DNA from: an uncultured Verrucomicrobiota bacterium
GTDB taxonomy: Bacteria; Verrucomicrobiota; Verrucomicrobiia; CAZIPW01
NCBI GenBank assembly: GCA_964541675.1
Contig: CAZIPW010000001.1
Span: forward strand, 1,447 to 65,446
Direction: 5' to 3'
DNA: 64,000 nt
The notes under the pieces are model-generated. The model made no database searches. It saw only the letters and a list, made by a program, of their open reading frames with translations, and was not told where the DNA came from. Both the position numbers and the translations under genes were made by a program. Each line of letters starts with the position of its first letter. The stretch's first letter is position 1. Below, piece by piece: positions 47,394 through 57,108 of the stretch.

Positions 47394-47962
47394 AACTCGC
47401 CATTACAGGCATGATCGCCTCCGGCAAGAGCGAAATATTGAAGGAATTCTCCCGCCTGGGCTGGCTGACGCTTAGCTCCGACGAGCTGGCGCGCCAAGCT
47501 GCTGGAACGTCCCATGCCCAGGAATATCTAAGAGAGCATTTCGGGGGAGATGTGCCCTCCAGAGAAGAGCTCAGGGGGCGTTTTCTTGAGAGCGCGGAGT
47601 TTCGCGGAGGCTGGCTGGATATACTCCATCCCATCATCAATCAGTCCTGGTGCGCGTTCCTGGCCCAGAATGACTCCGCCTGCGCGGTGGTCGAGATTCC
47701 GCTGCTTTTTGAGAAAAAGCTTGAAAAGAACTTCGACAGGGTCGTAGTATGTTCCTGTAACATTCAGTTGGCTCTCTTGCGCTGGGAAGCGAGGGGAGGC
47801 CGGAAAGAAGAATACGAGGCCCTTGCGGGTCTTCTAATGCCACTGGAATCAAAGCTCAAGCGCGCTGATTTTATTGTCGAGAACGACTCCACTCTTCCAA
47901 CTCTTCAAAACGCGGTTCAACTGATACACACCCAACTTTTAAATCAGTCCCAATATGTCTGA
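47390..47962 (+). CDS. coaE: Dephospho-CoA kinase
   Basis: [29 protein letters not shown]. Confidence 0.9.
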   Translation: MKLAITGMIASGKSEILKEFSRLGWLTLSSDELARQAAGTSHAQEYLREHFGGDVPSREELRGRFLESAEFRGGWLDILHPIINQSWCAFLAQNDSACAVVEIPLLFEKKLEKNFDRVVVCSCNIQLALLRWEARGGRKEEYEALAGLLMPLESKLKRADFIVENDSTLPTLQNAVQLIHTQLLNQSQYV

Positions 47963-49982
47963 CGAAGAATCTTCAAGAAACGCCGCTGGCGGGGAAGCTC
48001 CCGCGCCCAAACGCAAAATAAGGGCCCCCAGAAAGCCCAGAGCTGCTGCCGAAGGGAAAGAGCCCAAGCAGCAGCGCATCGAGATGACCGAAGCCGCTCT
48101 GCCTCCCGTCGAGGAGTGGAGCCCATCCGCGGAGTCCGCTGCAGCCAAGCCCCGTCATGGCCGTGGCAGAAGGGAGCCCCGCAGCGAGAGCCATTCAGAA
48201 GAGGGCTCTGCCAGCGTTTCGTCCCCACGCGAGGAATTTGTTCCCCATGAGGCCTCCCCGTCGGAGATGCCCCCAGAGAATCATGCCACACCTGTTGAGA
48301 GTTCCGAAGGGGCGCCTGCTACCGAAGAAGGTGCCACCCCACGGGAGAATGTGCCGGAAGAGGGCTATCAGCAGAATCCAGCCCAGCAGGGCCAGCAGCA
48401 GGGCGGCTTTGGCCGCTGGAGAGATCGCCGTGGGAATAACAGATTTAACAACCGTGGCAATGGCCGCTTTGGGCATGGCCGCTTTGACCGCCAGCATGGG
48501 CGGGATTTCCGAAATGGCGGCAATCAGCCCAACCGCATGAACGGCGGAAACAATCGTCCCCAACCGGAGCAAAGAAGTGCCCAGCCCGTGGCCGAAGTCC
48601 AGCCTACTTATAACTTTTCGGAGCCGTTCCCCCAGTGGGATATTTTGGGCAACCTTCAGGCCCTTGAGGACAAGGCCCTCGAACTGGTGAAGAGCGAGCA
48701 GATCTTCAATTATAATGAGCTTTTGGGGCTTGGTATTGCCGAGCTGGAGGCCAAAGCCAAAGAATTGGGAGTGGTCATGGAAGGCCGCCCGCAGCGCGAG
48801 GTGATTCTCTCAAAGATCCTCGATAACACCTGCCAGAAGGGACTCGCCATTATAGCGGAAGGCGTCATAGACCGTGTTGGCGACGAGCCGGTTCTTGTTT
48901 TTGGCGTCGAGAACTACCGGCTTAAATCCGTCTCGCCCTATCTGCCTCCCGTTTTCCTGGAGCGTTACAACCTCAAGCGCGGCACTACGCTCAAGGTGCA
49001 ACTGCACCCGGCTCGGCTGGCGGAAGCCGGCCAGCCGCCTGAGAGCCGTATGCCGATTGTACTCAAGATATTGACGATCGAAGGCGGTTCTCCCGAGGCC
49101 AATCTGGCCGTGACTCCTTTTGAAGAGCTTACCCCCTACTATCCGACGAAGCGCATTCTTCTGGAGACCCATCCCGACGTGAAATGGGACAATTTCTCGA
49201 TGAGAATCGTGGATCTGTTGACCCCGATTGGTTTTGGCCAGCGCGGTCTTATCGTGGCGCCTCCGCGCACCGGCAAAACGATCCTGCTGCAGGGAATCGC
49301 GAACGCCATTGCCGAGAACCATCCGGACGCGCATCTGATGGTGCTTCTGGTTGACGAGCGCCCCGAGGAAGTTACCGATTTCAAGCGCCAGATCAAGGGT
49401 GAAGTCATCAGTTCCACCTTTGACGAAACGGCACAGAGCCACACGCACGCGGCCGAGGTCGTCATTGAGCGCGCGCGCAGGCTTGTTGAGCGCGGCAAAC
49501 ACGTCGTTATCCTTTTGGACTCCATTACGAGGCTGGCCAGGGCCTACAATGCCCTTACCGGCAACTCCGGCAAGATCATGTCGGGAGGCGTGGAGAGTAA
49601 CGCCCTGCAAAAACCCAAGAGGTTCTTTGGCTCGGCCCGAAACATCGAAAATGGTGGCAGCCTGACGATCCTGGGTACGGCACTGATCGATACCGGCAGC
49701 AAGATGGACGAGGTGATCTTTGAAGAGTTCAAAGGAACAGGCAACATGGAGCTGCACTTGGACAGGGGGCTGGTCGACAAAAGACTCTTCCCGGCGATCG
49801 CCCTCGACAAGTCCGGCACCCGCAAGGAGGAACTTCTTTATCATCCAGACGAATTGATAAAGATCTACGGCCTGCGCCGCGCCATGAAGGGTGTAACGCC
49901 TCTGGAAGCCATGGAAATGCTCTTGCAGCGTGCCAAAAAGACCCGCACGAATATCGAGTTTCTGATGGGATTAAGTAGGTAA
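47955..49982 (+). CDS. rho: Transcription termination factor Rho with a long low-complexity N-terminus
   Basis: [53 protein letters not shown]. Confidence 0.97.
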   Translation: MSDEESSRNAAGGEAPAPKRKIRAPRKPRAAAEGKEPKQQRIEMTEAALPPVEEWSPSAESAAAKPRHGRGRREPRSESHSEEGSASVSSPREEFVPHEASPSEMPPENHATPVESSEGAPATEEGATPRENVPEEGYQQNPAQQGQQQGGFGRWRDRRGNNRFNNRGNGRFGHGRFDRQHGRDFRNGGNQPNRMNGGNNRPQPEQRSAQPVAEVQPTYNFSEPFPQWDILGNLQALEDKALELVKSEQIFNYNELLGLGIAELEAKAKELGVVMEGRPQREVILSKILDNTCQKGLAIIAEGVIDRVGDEPVLVFGVENYRLKSVSPYLPPVFLERYNLKRGTTLKVQLHPARLAEAGQPPESRMPIVLKILTIEGGSPEANLAVTPFEELTPYYPTKRILLETHPDVKWDNFSMRIVDLLTPIGFGQRGLIVAPPRTGKTILLQGIANAIAENHPDAHLMVLLVDERPEEVTDFKRQIKGEVISSTFDETAQSHTHAAEVVIERARRLVERGKHVVILLDSITRLARAYNALTGNSGKIMSGGVESNALQKPKRFFGSARNIENGGSLTILGTALIDTGSKMDEVIFEEFKGTGNMELHLDRGLVDKRLFPAIALDKSGTRKEELLYHPDELIKIYGLRRAMKGVTPLEAMEMLLQRAKKTRTNIEFLMGLSR

Positions 49983-50024
49983 GTAAAGAGTTGACTTAAT
50001 GGTATTATTTTGTAGGCTAGGCTC

Positions 50025-50603
50025 ATGAGTTTGGATCCAGTTCGAATCCTGCTTAGCGAGCATCTTGGCCATACCTGTCCTGTATTATTCCAGGTTAAGG
50101 GTGGCAGAAATGAAAAAGAACGGCGCCGTATCTGTCGTTTTCTAAATAGTTTTATTGACCGAAAGTATACCGTAAGGTTTCGACGAGCCGCTGGCCCAAG
50201 ATCAATTGTACCAACCAACCTGCGGGTTGCTGACCCCAAGCGTATTTTAAAATTGGCGTGTGTGTGGGCAAACTATATAGAAGGTCGGATCAACCCCAAA
50301 ATATCGGGGACAGATTTGGTCGTGGTTAATCACTCCCGTGAGCGGGAGATCTGCGAGTTTAGCAAGAGCCCCGAGGGTTTGTCGCTAAATTTGGTTGATG
50401 TTTATAAAGAGGCCAAACGTCGGGCTATTGCCTATGCGAATTTGGGAACTGTAACGCAAGAAGAAACAGATGCTGCAGTGGAACTTTTAGCCAGAATATG
50501 GACGCGCGGGAAGTCTCTCAAGCGCGCTTATATGAGTGATTCTGCAAAAATGAGGCAACTAAGGGATGTGCATATAAGGGATAGTTTCTCGTTACGCTGG
50601 TAA
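50025..50603 (+). CDS. Hypothetical protein
   Basis: 192-aa ORF with its own TTGACT-16-TAGGCT promoter 6 nt before the ATG. Confidence 0.7.
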   Translation: MSLDPVRILLSEHLGHTCPVLFQVKGGRNEKERRRICRFLNSFIDRKYTVRFRRAAGPRSIVPTNLRVADPKRILKLACVWANYIEGRINPKISGTDLVVVNHSREREICEFSKSPEGLSLNLVDVYKEAKRRAIAYANLGTVTQEETDAAVELLARIWTRGKSLKRAYMSDSAKMRQLRDVHIRDSFSLRW

Positions 50604-50626
50604 ATTTCACCTAGCTGTGCTAGATT

Positions 50627-51607
50627 ATGTCATCGTCTATGCGTATCCTCTTCATGGGTTCCGACCCGATAGCCCTGCCCCTTCTTGAGTTTCTCAATTC
50701 CAAGTCGGAGCGGCTGGTCGTTGTTTCAGGAGTTGATAAGCCTGTGGGGCGTGGCCAGAAGGTTATCCCCAATGAAATCAGCTCCTGGGCGCTTGCCCAT
50801 AATGTGGAGCTCATGCGTCCCCAGAGGCTGGATGATGCCTTTCACCAATCAATAGAAGCACTCTCTCCCGATATGATCTTTGTCATGGCCTACGGGAAAA
50901 TATTGAAGGAGAGTCTTATCAATTTGCCGCGTTTGGGTACCTGGAACCTCCATGCCTCGGCGCTTCCCAAATTGCGGGGAGCATCCCCCATAGAGACCGC
51001 CATAGCCATTGGCCTCCCTGAGACTGCGGTGGAACTGATGAAGATGGCTTTGGCGATGGATGTCGGCCCTGTGGGTGCCAGCATCGCTGTCCCGATAGGC
51101 CAGAAGAATTCCGCCGAACTGCGCGAAGAAATAGGCAGGATCTCCAGAACGCTTGTGGAAAAGAATTGGTCGGCGCTTGCCGCTGGCGATATCCTGACGG
51201 TGACGCAGGATGAAACGCAAGCCACCTACTGCCGGATCCTCAAAAAAGAGGACGGCTGGTTGGATCCCAATGAACCCGCGGAAGTCCTATGCAACCACGT
51301 CAGGGCCTTCTCGGAATGGCCGGGCAGCGCCTTTATCTACGCGGGCGAACGGTTAAAGGTGTACGCGGCTAGGGCAATTTCTGACGGTTCCAGCCGGCCT
51401 CCAGGTACAGTTCTGGAGTCGGGAGAGCGTCTCGTTGTCGCGGTGGGGAAGGGGAGTCTGGAGATCCTTTCGCTGCAACGTCCTGGCGGCAAACGTCTGG
51501 CCGCCCGGGAGTTTCTCCTGGGATATCCCATTCCTGTTGGCGAAAAGTTTTTTGGACAGCCTCTGCGCCCGCTGGTGGACTCGAAGCCGTTCCCGAGGGG
51601 ATTTTAA
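50627..51607 (+). CDS. fmt: Methionyl-tRNA formyltransferase
   Basis: RILFMGS, DKPVGRG, VMAYGKIL, NLHASALP..RGASPI, LQRPGGK. Confidence 0.95.
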   Translation: MSSSMRILFMGSDPIALPLLEFLNSKSERLVVVSGVDKPVGRGQKVIPNEISSWALAHNVELMRPQRLDDAFHQSIEALSPDMIFVMAYGKILKESLINLPRLGTWNLHASALPKLRGASPIETAIAIGLPETAVELMKMALAMDVGPVGASIAVPIGQKNSAELREEIGRISRTLVEKNWSALAAGDILTVTQDETQATYCRILKKEDGWLDPNEPAEVLCNHVRAFSEWPGSAFIYAGERLKVYAARAISDGSSRPPGTVLESGERLVVAVGKGSLEILSLQRPGGKRLAAREFLLGYPIPVGEKFFGQPLRPLVDSKPFPRGF

Positions 51608-51660
51608 GCTGGATAAAGCTCCTTTCCGGCAAGCGCCAATCCACGCGAGAGGACAATCTT

Positions 51661-52014
51661 GTGGGAGTTGCCGTACTCCCGACAGATGCCCACCCGGTCC
51701 GCGTCAGCCTCTTCACCACACAGCCTCACGACCAGGCTGATGATCTTGCGTTGATGGTCGGGATGAATACGATTAAGAGCCGTTTGCAGTCCTGTATGGC
51801 AGACCGTATCGGCGGCGACAGGGTCATCGTCGTATGTGCCATCGGGAAGAGCGTCTATTACCAACCCATCTTGAGATTGCCTCTGAAACCGGAATCCTTG
51901 CTCCTGCAACTGATCAACCAATCTTGTGCCTCGTACCTCTTTATGATTCACCAGAACCCATATCAGCAACCCAAAGAAAGGATGGGGATTGTCTGGACGC
52001 CCAAGAAACCCTGA
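51661..52014 (+). CDS. Possible hypothetical protein
   Basis: Fills the fmt-NUDIX gap on the same strand; start uncertain, no motif recognised. Confidence 0.35.
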   Translation: MGVAVLPTDAHPVRVSLFTTQPHDQADDLALMVGMNTIKSRLQSCMADRIGGDRVIVVCAIGKSVYYQPILRLPLKPESLLLQLINQSCASYLFMIHQNPYQQPKERMGIVWTPKKP

Positions 52015-52123
52015 AGAAGGTTCTCGCATCAGGGAGGCAAGGTAGCCGCATTCTTCCATTTGTCAAATTATCGGATCCTTTTTCAATTGCGCCCCATGAT
52101 GGATTGGGCTACAAACGCTCTTC

Positions 52124-52552
52124 ATGAAACCGGGCGTTGATTGCATTGGTGTTGGTTGCGGAGCGGTCGTGGTGAACGCGAAAAATGAAATTCTACTGGT
52201 AAAAAGATCAATCAACTCTGGTGAAGACCCAGGCACGTGGTCGCGTCCCGGCGGGAAGGTGGAGTTTGGAGAACGAATAGAAGCTGCCGTGGAGCGTGAG
52301 GTCGAGGAAGAAGTCGGAATAAAGGTGAGGGCGATGAGGCTTTTGAATGTTACCCAGTATATAGAGAACGGGAAACACTGGATATCTTTTGGCTATCTGG
52401 TGGAACACCTTGTCGGTACTCCTGTCAACAAAGAGCCGGACAAACATGACGCGGTCGGATGGTTCGCGCTGGGTGGGCTGCCGGAGGACGTGAATGAATA
52501 TACCCTGAATGCCATAAGGGCGTACAAGGAAAGCCTTGCCAAGAGGGACTAA
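52124..52552 (+). CDS. NUDIX hydrolase
   Basis: [24 protein letters not shown] Nudix box, N.EP.KH....WF. Confidence 0.9.
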   Translation: MKPGVDCIGVGCGAVVVNAKNEILLVKRSINSGEDPGTWSRPGGKVEFGERIEAAVEREVEEEVGIKVRAMRLLNVTQYIENGKHWISFGYLVEHLVGTPVNKEPDKHDAVGWFALGGLPEDVNEYTLNAIRAYKESLAKRD

Positions 52553-52598
52553 AAATACGCTTGCCCTCCGGGGCCGGTCTATTTTAGACTGGTCGTCT

Positions 52599-52799
52599 AT
52601 GCCAAAGCACAAGACCAGAAAGGCCATCATGGCCCGTTTCAAGATTACCGGTTCGGGCAAAGCCATGCGCCGCACTCCTGGCCGCCGCCATCTTCTGCGC
52701 TACAAGAGCCGCCGCGGGCTGAACAGATCCGGCAGCGACAAGGCCGCGCACAGCTCTGTTGTGGCCTATCTGAAGCTTTGCGATCCCAAAGCCTTCTAA
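52599..52799 (+). CDS. rpmI: 50S ribosomal protein L35
   Basis: MPKHKTRKA...RFKITGSGK...HLL; upstream of rplT. Confidence 0.92.
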   Translation: MPKHKTRKAIMARFKITGSGKAMRRTPGRRHLLRYKSRRGLNRSGSDKAAHSSVVAYLKLCDPKAF

Positions 52800-52865
52800 C
52801 TTTTTGATGTCCGTGGGTGACTTGATAGGCGACCCGCGGCGTCCCAATACCAACATAATAAAAAC

Positions 52866-53219
52866 ATGCCCAAAGCCAGCAACATACAAGCCACGCGTAA
52901 GCGTCACACGCGGACCCTCAAGGCCGCAGCCGGATATTTCGGCGATCGCTCGCGCCTTTACAAACACGCCAAGACGGCCGTTATACGTGCCGGCCAGTAC
53001 GCCTACCGCGATCGCCGCAAGCGCAAGAGCACTTTCAAGCAGTTGTGGGCCACCCGCATCAATATAGCGGTCCGCGCCGAGGGGATCACCTACAGCCGTT
53101 TTATGGAGCGTATCCGCAAGGCGGGCATTCAACTCAACCGCAAGCAGCTTTCCGAGTTGGCCATCAACGATCCAGTTGCTTTCAAGGCTCTGGTGGCCCA
53201 GTTCAAGACTGCAAAATAG
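52866..53219 (+). CDS. rplT: 50S ribosomal protein L20
   Basis: YAYRDRRKRKS.F..LW..RIN, YSRF, LNRK.LSELA. Confidence 0.96.
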   Translation: MPKASNIQATRKRHTRTLKAAAGYFGDRSRLYKHAKTAVIRAGQYAYRDRRKRKSTFKQLWATRINIAVRAEGITYSRFMERIRKAGIQLNRKQLSELAINDPVAFKALVAQFKTAK

Positions 53220-53234
53220 TCTGTACCTTTAGAG

Positions 53235-53264
53235 AACCCGCCACTTTGAAATGGCGGGTTTTTT
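53235..53264 (+). terminator. Intrinsic terminator after rplT (REP-like loop)
   Basis: AACCCGCCA-CTTTGAAA-TGGCGGGTT then a T-run. Confidence 0.8.
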
Positions 53265-53285
53265 GTGCCAAAGCCAGAGGCCGCG

Positions 53286-54365
53286 TTATTCTTTTACGTC
53301 TACGATCTTATCGCCTTCGACCTTTACCAGCTTATATCCTGTCTCGATGGAACCGTTGGCGGTCATTCTTCCCGGGCCCACGACTAGGTTTGGCAGTTCG
53401 CGAGGTTCTTTAAGTTTGACTAAGAGTTCTTCGTGAGTGGGCACTCTGCCGAGTTTCTTGTATAATTCCTCAGCGGATTGGATATAGAGCTTCATCAGAT
53501 CGTAGGCATGCCCGGCTCGAATAAGGGGCGTATGGCCAAAACGTTTATTGAATCTCTCTAGAAAGTCCGATCGCACCCACGTGTCCGAAAAATACTCAAT
53601 GCCCTGCGCGTACTTGAGGGAGTCTTTTTGAAATGTGGTAAAATATCCGGTGATTGGAATATGGATGTCAAGCTCCTGTTTCTGCCGGAAGAAGATATCA
53701 AGCTCAGGAGAGGTAATGGGTGCCCAGATCATATCAGGCTTGGAGTTCTTGATTTTGAGCCAATAGACTCGAAAGTCACGTTCCCCAGGATTTGTGTATT
53801 CATTAAAGACCACCTCAATGTTGGCCTTTCTGATGAGAGGCAGTGCATAATCTACCAGTCTGACCCAGCCTTCAGCTCGCTGGGGCGCAATGGCGAGCCG
53901 TTTGACGCCGTGTTTCAAAAAATACTCAATGTTTTGCCTGGCATTGTCCTGATAGGAGGCTCCGTGGACAACACACCACTTGGATTTCTCATTGTAGGAG
54001 TGATCCCAGCCGGTGTTCATATGAATGATACCTGCCTTATTCGCCCACGGCATGACGGCAGTCGCTCCCTGAGCCCATAGGCTCCATATACAGTCTACCT
54101 TGTCGAGGGTTGTCAATTTGATCGCGGACGCGTTGGAAAGTCGGGGTATCAGTTGATCGTCTTCAAATATAAGTTTGTAATCTATTTTTGTGGCACCGTA
54201 TTCATCCAAGGCTAATGTTGCTCCATCCCGTATATCTTGTCCCATGAAGGCACAATCCCCCGTCATGGGAACTACAAACCCCACCTTAAGAACAGGCCTA
54301 GTCTCTGTTGCGAGCAACGGCCATGTAGCCAAGATTAAGATTGTCAGAAGAACGAATTTTCTCAT
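53286..54365 (-). CDS. Orphan periplasmic binding protein, LivJ/type-1 PBP family
   Basis: Signal peptide, VGFVVPMTGD, FEDD, KL.TLDKV, NPGERDFR. Confidence 0.85.
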   Translation of the reverse strand: MRKFVLLTILILATWPLLATETRPVLKVGFVVPMTGDCAFMGQDIRDGATLALDEYGATKIDYKLIFEDDQLIPRLSNASAIKLTTLDKVDCIWSLWAQGATAVMPWANKAGIIHMNTGWDHSYNEKSKWCVVHGASYQDNARQNIEYFLKHGVKRLAIAPQRAEGWVRLVDYALPLIRKANIEVVFNEYTNPGERDFRVYWLKIKNSKPDMIWAPITSPELDIFFRQKQELDIHIPITGYFTTFQKDSLKYAQGIEYFSDTWVRSDFLERFNKRFGHTPLIRAGHAYDLMKLYIQSAEELYKKLGRVPTHEELLVKLKEPRELPNLVVGPGRMTANGSIETGYKLVKVEGDKIVDVKE

Positions 54366-54429
54366 GTACTCGATCCTTACAGCAGCAGAAGGAGAAAGTC
54401 AATGATGGCCGTATGAACGGGAATGTCTC

Positions 54430-55989
54430 TTATTTCCCCATCAGAGCGTATTCCATCGAGTCAACCAGCGCCTCCAAACTCGCCTCGATGATATTGGCGC
54501 TGACTCCGACAGTCCCCCACTCACGTTGGCCGTCCGAAGAGGTGATGAGTACCCGCGTTTTGGCGGATGTCCCGCTATTGCCGTTGATGATACGCACTTT
54601 GTAGTCGGTTAGAGAGACTTTCTGCAATGAAGGGAAGAACTTCGAGAGCGCCAGGCGCAAGGCCCCGTCGAGCGCGTTAACCGGGCCGTCCCCCTCGGCA
54701 ACGGTATGCGCGATCTTCTCTCCCACGCGCACGCGGATGGTTGCCTCGCAAATAGACTCCTTTTTGTCGTGCCTGATCGATGCGTGATAGGTCTCGACAA
54801 AGAAACTTGGCTCGGATTTCTTCAAGGTCTGTCCAATCATCAGCGCCAAGGAGCCCTCCGCGGCCTCGTATTCATAGCCCTGCGCCTCGCGCTCCTTGAC
54901 TTTCGTCGCGATCTCCCGCGCGTGGATGGAATCCGGCTCCAGTCTGAATCCAAGCTCTTTGGACTTCATGAGAATGTTGGTGCGGCCAGACATCTCGCTG
55001 ACCAGCACGCGCCTGACGTTCCCCACGCTCTCGGGACTGATGTGCTCGTAGCTGCGCGATATTTTTTCGATGGCATGGACGTGCATACCCCCCTTGTGGG
55101 CAAAAGCCGACTGGCCAACCCAGGGAGCTCGCGGGTCGTGCCGGATATTGGCCACCTCGTCCACAAATTCGGAAAGGTCCTTCAACTTGGGCATGGAAGC
55201 CTTTGGTACCGCAGAAATCCCCATCTTTAGTTGCAGAATCGGTATCAAGCTGATCAGATTGCAGTTCCCGGTGCGTTCACCAAAGCCGTTGATGGTGCCC
55301 TGCACTTGGGTGGCTCCGGCTTTCACTGCGGCGATGGCATTGGCCACTCCCAGACCGCAATCGTTATGGGTATGGATGCCCAGCGGACAGTTCAGCCTTG
55401 CTTTTGCTGCCGCGGTGGTCGCCGCTATCTCCCCTGGCAGGCGCCCGCCGTTCGTGTCGCAAAGGACGATGCAGTCGGCCCCTGCCTTCTGAGCGGCCTG
55501 CCAGGTGGCCACGGCATACTCGGGTTCGTCGGCGAATCCGTCAAAGCTGTGTTCGGCGTCGTAGATCACGGTCTTCCCGTGGTCTTTAAGATACCTGATG
55601 GTGTCGCTTATCATGCTGAGATTCTCCTCTGGTTTGACGCGCAGCACCTCCATCACGTGCAGCAGCCACGTCTTGCCAACAATGGTGACAGCGGGGGTAT
55701 CGGCCTCCAATATCAGCCTCATCAGTTCGTCATGCTCCACGGACATCCCTTTGCGTCGGGTCATACTGAAAGAGGAAATCAGGGCATTCTTCCACTTCTT
55801 TTTGGCAGCCTGTTTGAAGAATTCCATATCTTTTGGGCTGCTGCCTGGCCAGCCTCCCTCAATGTATCGCACGCCAAACGCGTCCAGCCTCTCGGCGATG
55901 CGCAGTTTGTCGGCAGCCGAGAGATTGATGCCTTCCGCCTGCGCGCCATCACGCAGAGTGGTGTCATATATCTCCACAGGGAAACTCAT
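54430..55989 (-). CDS. cimA: Citramalate synthase
   Basis: YDTTLRDGAQAEG, EGGWPGS, DAEHSFDG, HTHND, GERTGN, AHKGGMH, LeuA-type regulatory domain. Confidence 0.92.
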   Translation of the reverse strand: MSFPVEIYDTTLRDGAQAEGINLSAADKLRIAERLDAFGVRYIEGGWPGSSPKDMEFFKQAAKKKWKNALISSFSMTRRKGMSVEHDELMRLILEADTPAVTIVGKTWLLHVMEVLRVKPEENLSMISDTIRYLKDHGKTVIYDAEHSFDGFADEPEYAVATWQAAQKAGADCIVLCDTNGGRLPGEIAATTAAAKARLNCPLGIHTHNDCGLGVANAIAAVKAGATQVQGTINGFGERTGNCNLISLIPILQLKMGISAVPKASMPKLKDLSEFVDEVANIRHDPRAPWVGQSAFAHKGGMHVHAIEKISRSYEHISPESVGNVRRVLVSEMSGRTNILMKSKELGFRLEPDSIHAREIATKVKEREAQGYEYEAAEGSLALMIGQTLKKSEPSFFVETYHASIRHDKKESICEATIRVRVGEKIAHTVAEGDGPVNALDGALRLALSKFFPSLQKVSLTDYKVRIINGNSGTSAKTRVLITSSDGQREWGTVGVSANIIEASLEALVDSMEYALMGK

Positions 55990-56059
55990 ATGGTAGCTGG
56001 CCTTTATATGACATTTCTTCTTGCCGAGCAAGCTCCCATCAGGCAGGATAAAGGCTTGT

Positions 56060-57106
56060 ATGTTACCGGAGGATCTCGACCATATACTGAAGGAAGCCCA
56101 GAACGGCTTTGCCAGGGTGTCGAGTCGTCCGGAGTGGGAGGTTTTCAAGGCGACGGTCATGGGTCCAAAGGGGCGCTTAACAGTCGCCTCCAAAGGTCTG
56201 GCCGATGTTCCCAAGGTGGAAAAACCTGCCATTGGCAAGAAGCTCAATGAGATCAAAAAGGCTGTGGAGGCCTGCAGCGATGAGGCTCTAAAGCGCGTGG
56301 AATCCCTGGCTGCGCTCGCGACCTTGGGCTCGGCCATTGATCCTACGCTGCCGTCGCCCGTGATTATCACAGGCTCACGGCATCCGATTAGCCAGGTTTT
56401 TGACCGGGTGGTGGACATTTTTGCCAGAGCCGGATTTACTGTGCGTCTTCCGACAGAACTTGAGACCGAGTGGTACTGCTTCGACGCTCTCAATAGCCCG
56501 GCCAATCATCCTTCGCGCGATATGCAGGATACCTATTATATGCCTTTTGGCCTGTCGGTGGGAAGCGCCCCCGCGCACGATGAGAAGGATCGCTATCTGC
56601 TGGGGACTCAAACCTCCACTGCGCAGATACGCACTATGCTCAAGGAGAAGCCTCCCGTCCGCATTCTGGCTCCCGGGCGTTGTTTCCGCCGCGATGATGC
56701 CGATGCCGGACATAGCTCCAATTTTCACCAGATCGAGGGTCTTTACGTTGACAGGGATGTGAGCCTCAGGGACTTCAAGTCCTGTTTGGATTATTTTATC
56801 CGGGAGCTGTTTGGCCCCCAGGCAAAAACGCGTCTGCGCCCCAGTTACTTCTCATTTGTGGAGCCTGGTTTTGAGCTGGATGTCATGACGCCCAATCTGG
56901 GAAGGCTCTCGAATAGATGGTTCGAGCTGATGGGTTGCGGGATGGTGCATCCGGCGGTTCTCGAAAATGTCGGAATAGACCCCGATGGATTCTCCGGTTA
57001 CGCCTTTGGAATGGGAGTGGAGCGCATCGCGATGATTCTGCAGGGCGTCGATGATATCCGCTACTACTACCAGAATGACACGCGGCTCTTAAAACAACTG
57101 GCATAA
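56060..57106 (+). CDS. pheS: Phenylalanine--tRNA ligase alpha subunit
   Basis: HPSRDMQDTY, FHQIEGL, RPSYFSFVEP, GCGMVHP, AFGMGVER. Confidence 0.97.
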   Translation: MLPEDLDHILKEAQNGFARVSSRPEWEVFKATVMGPKGRLTVASKGLADVPKVEKPAIGKKLNEIKKAVEACSDEALKRVESLAALATLGSAIDPTLPSPVIITGSRHPISQVFDRVVDIFARAGFTVRLPTELETEWYCFDALNSPANHPSRDMQDTYYMPFGLSVGSAPAHDEKDRYLLGTQTSTAQIRTMLKEKPPVRILAPGRCFRRDDADAGHSSNFHQIEGLYVDRDVSLRDFKSCLDYFIRELFGPQAKTRLRPSYFSFVEPGFELDVMTPNLGRLSNRWFELMGCGMVHPAVLENVGIDPDGFSGYAFGMGVERIAMILQGVDDIRYYYQNDTRLLKQLA

Positions 57107-57108
57107 CA

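Noticed and set aside
54430-56505. 691-aa version of CimA
   Set aside because: The extension overlaps pheS on the opposite strand; the conserved start is MSFPVEIYDTTLRDG at 55989.
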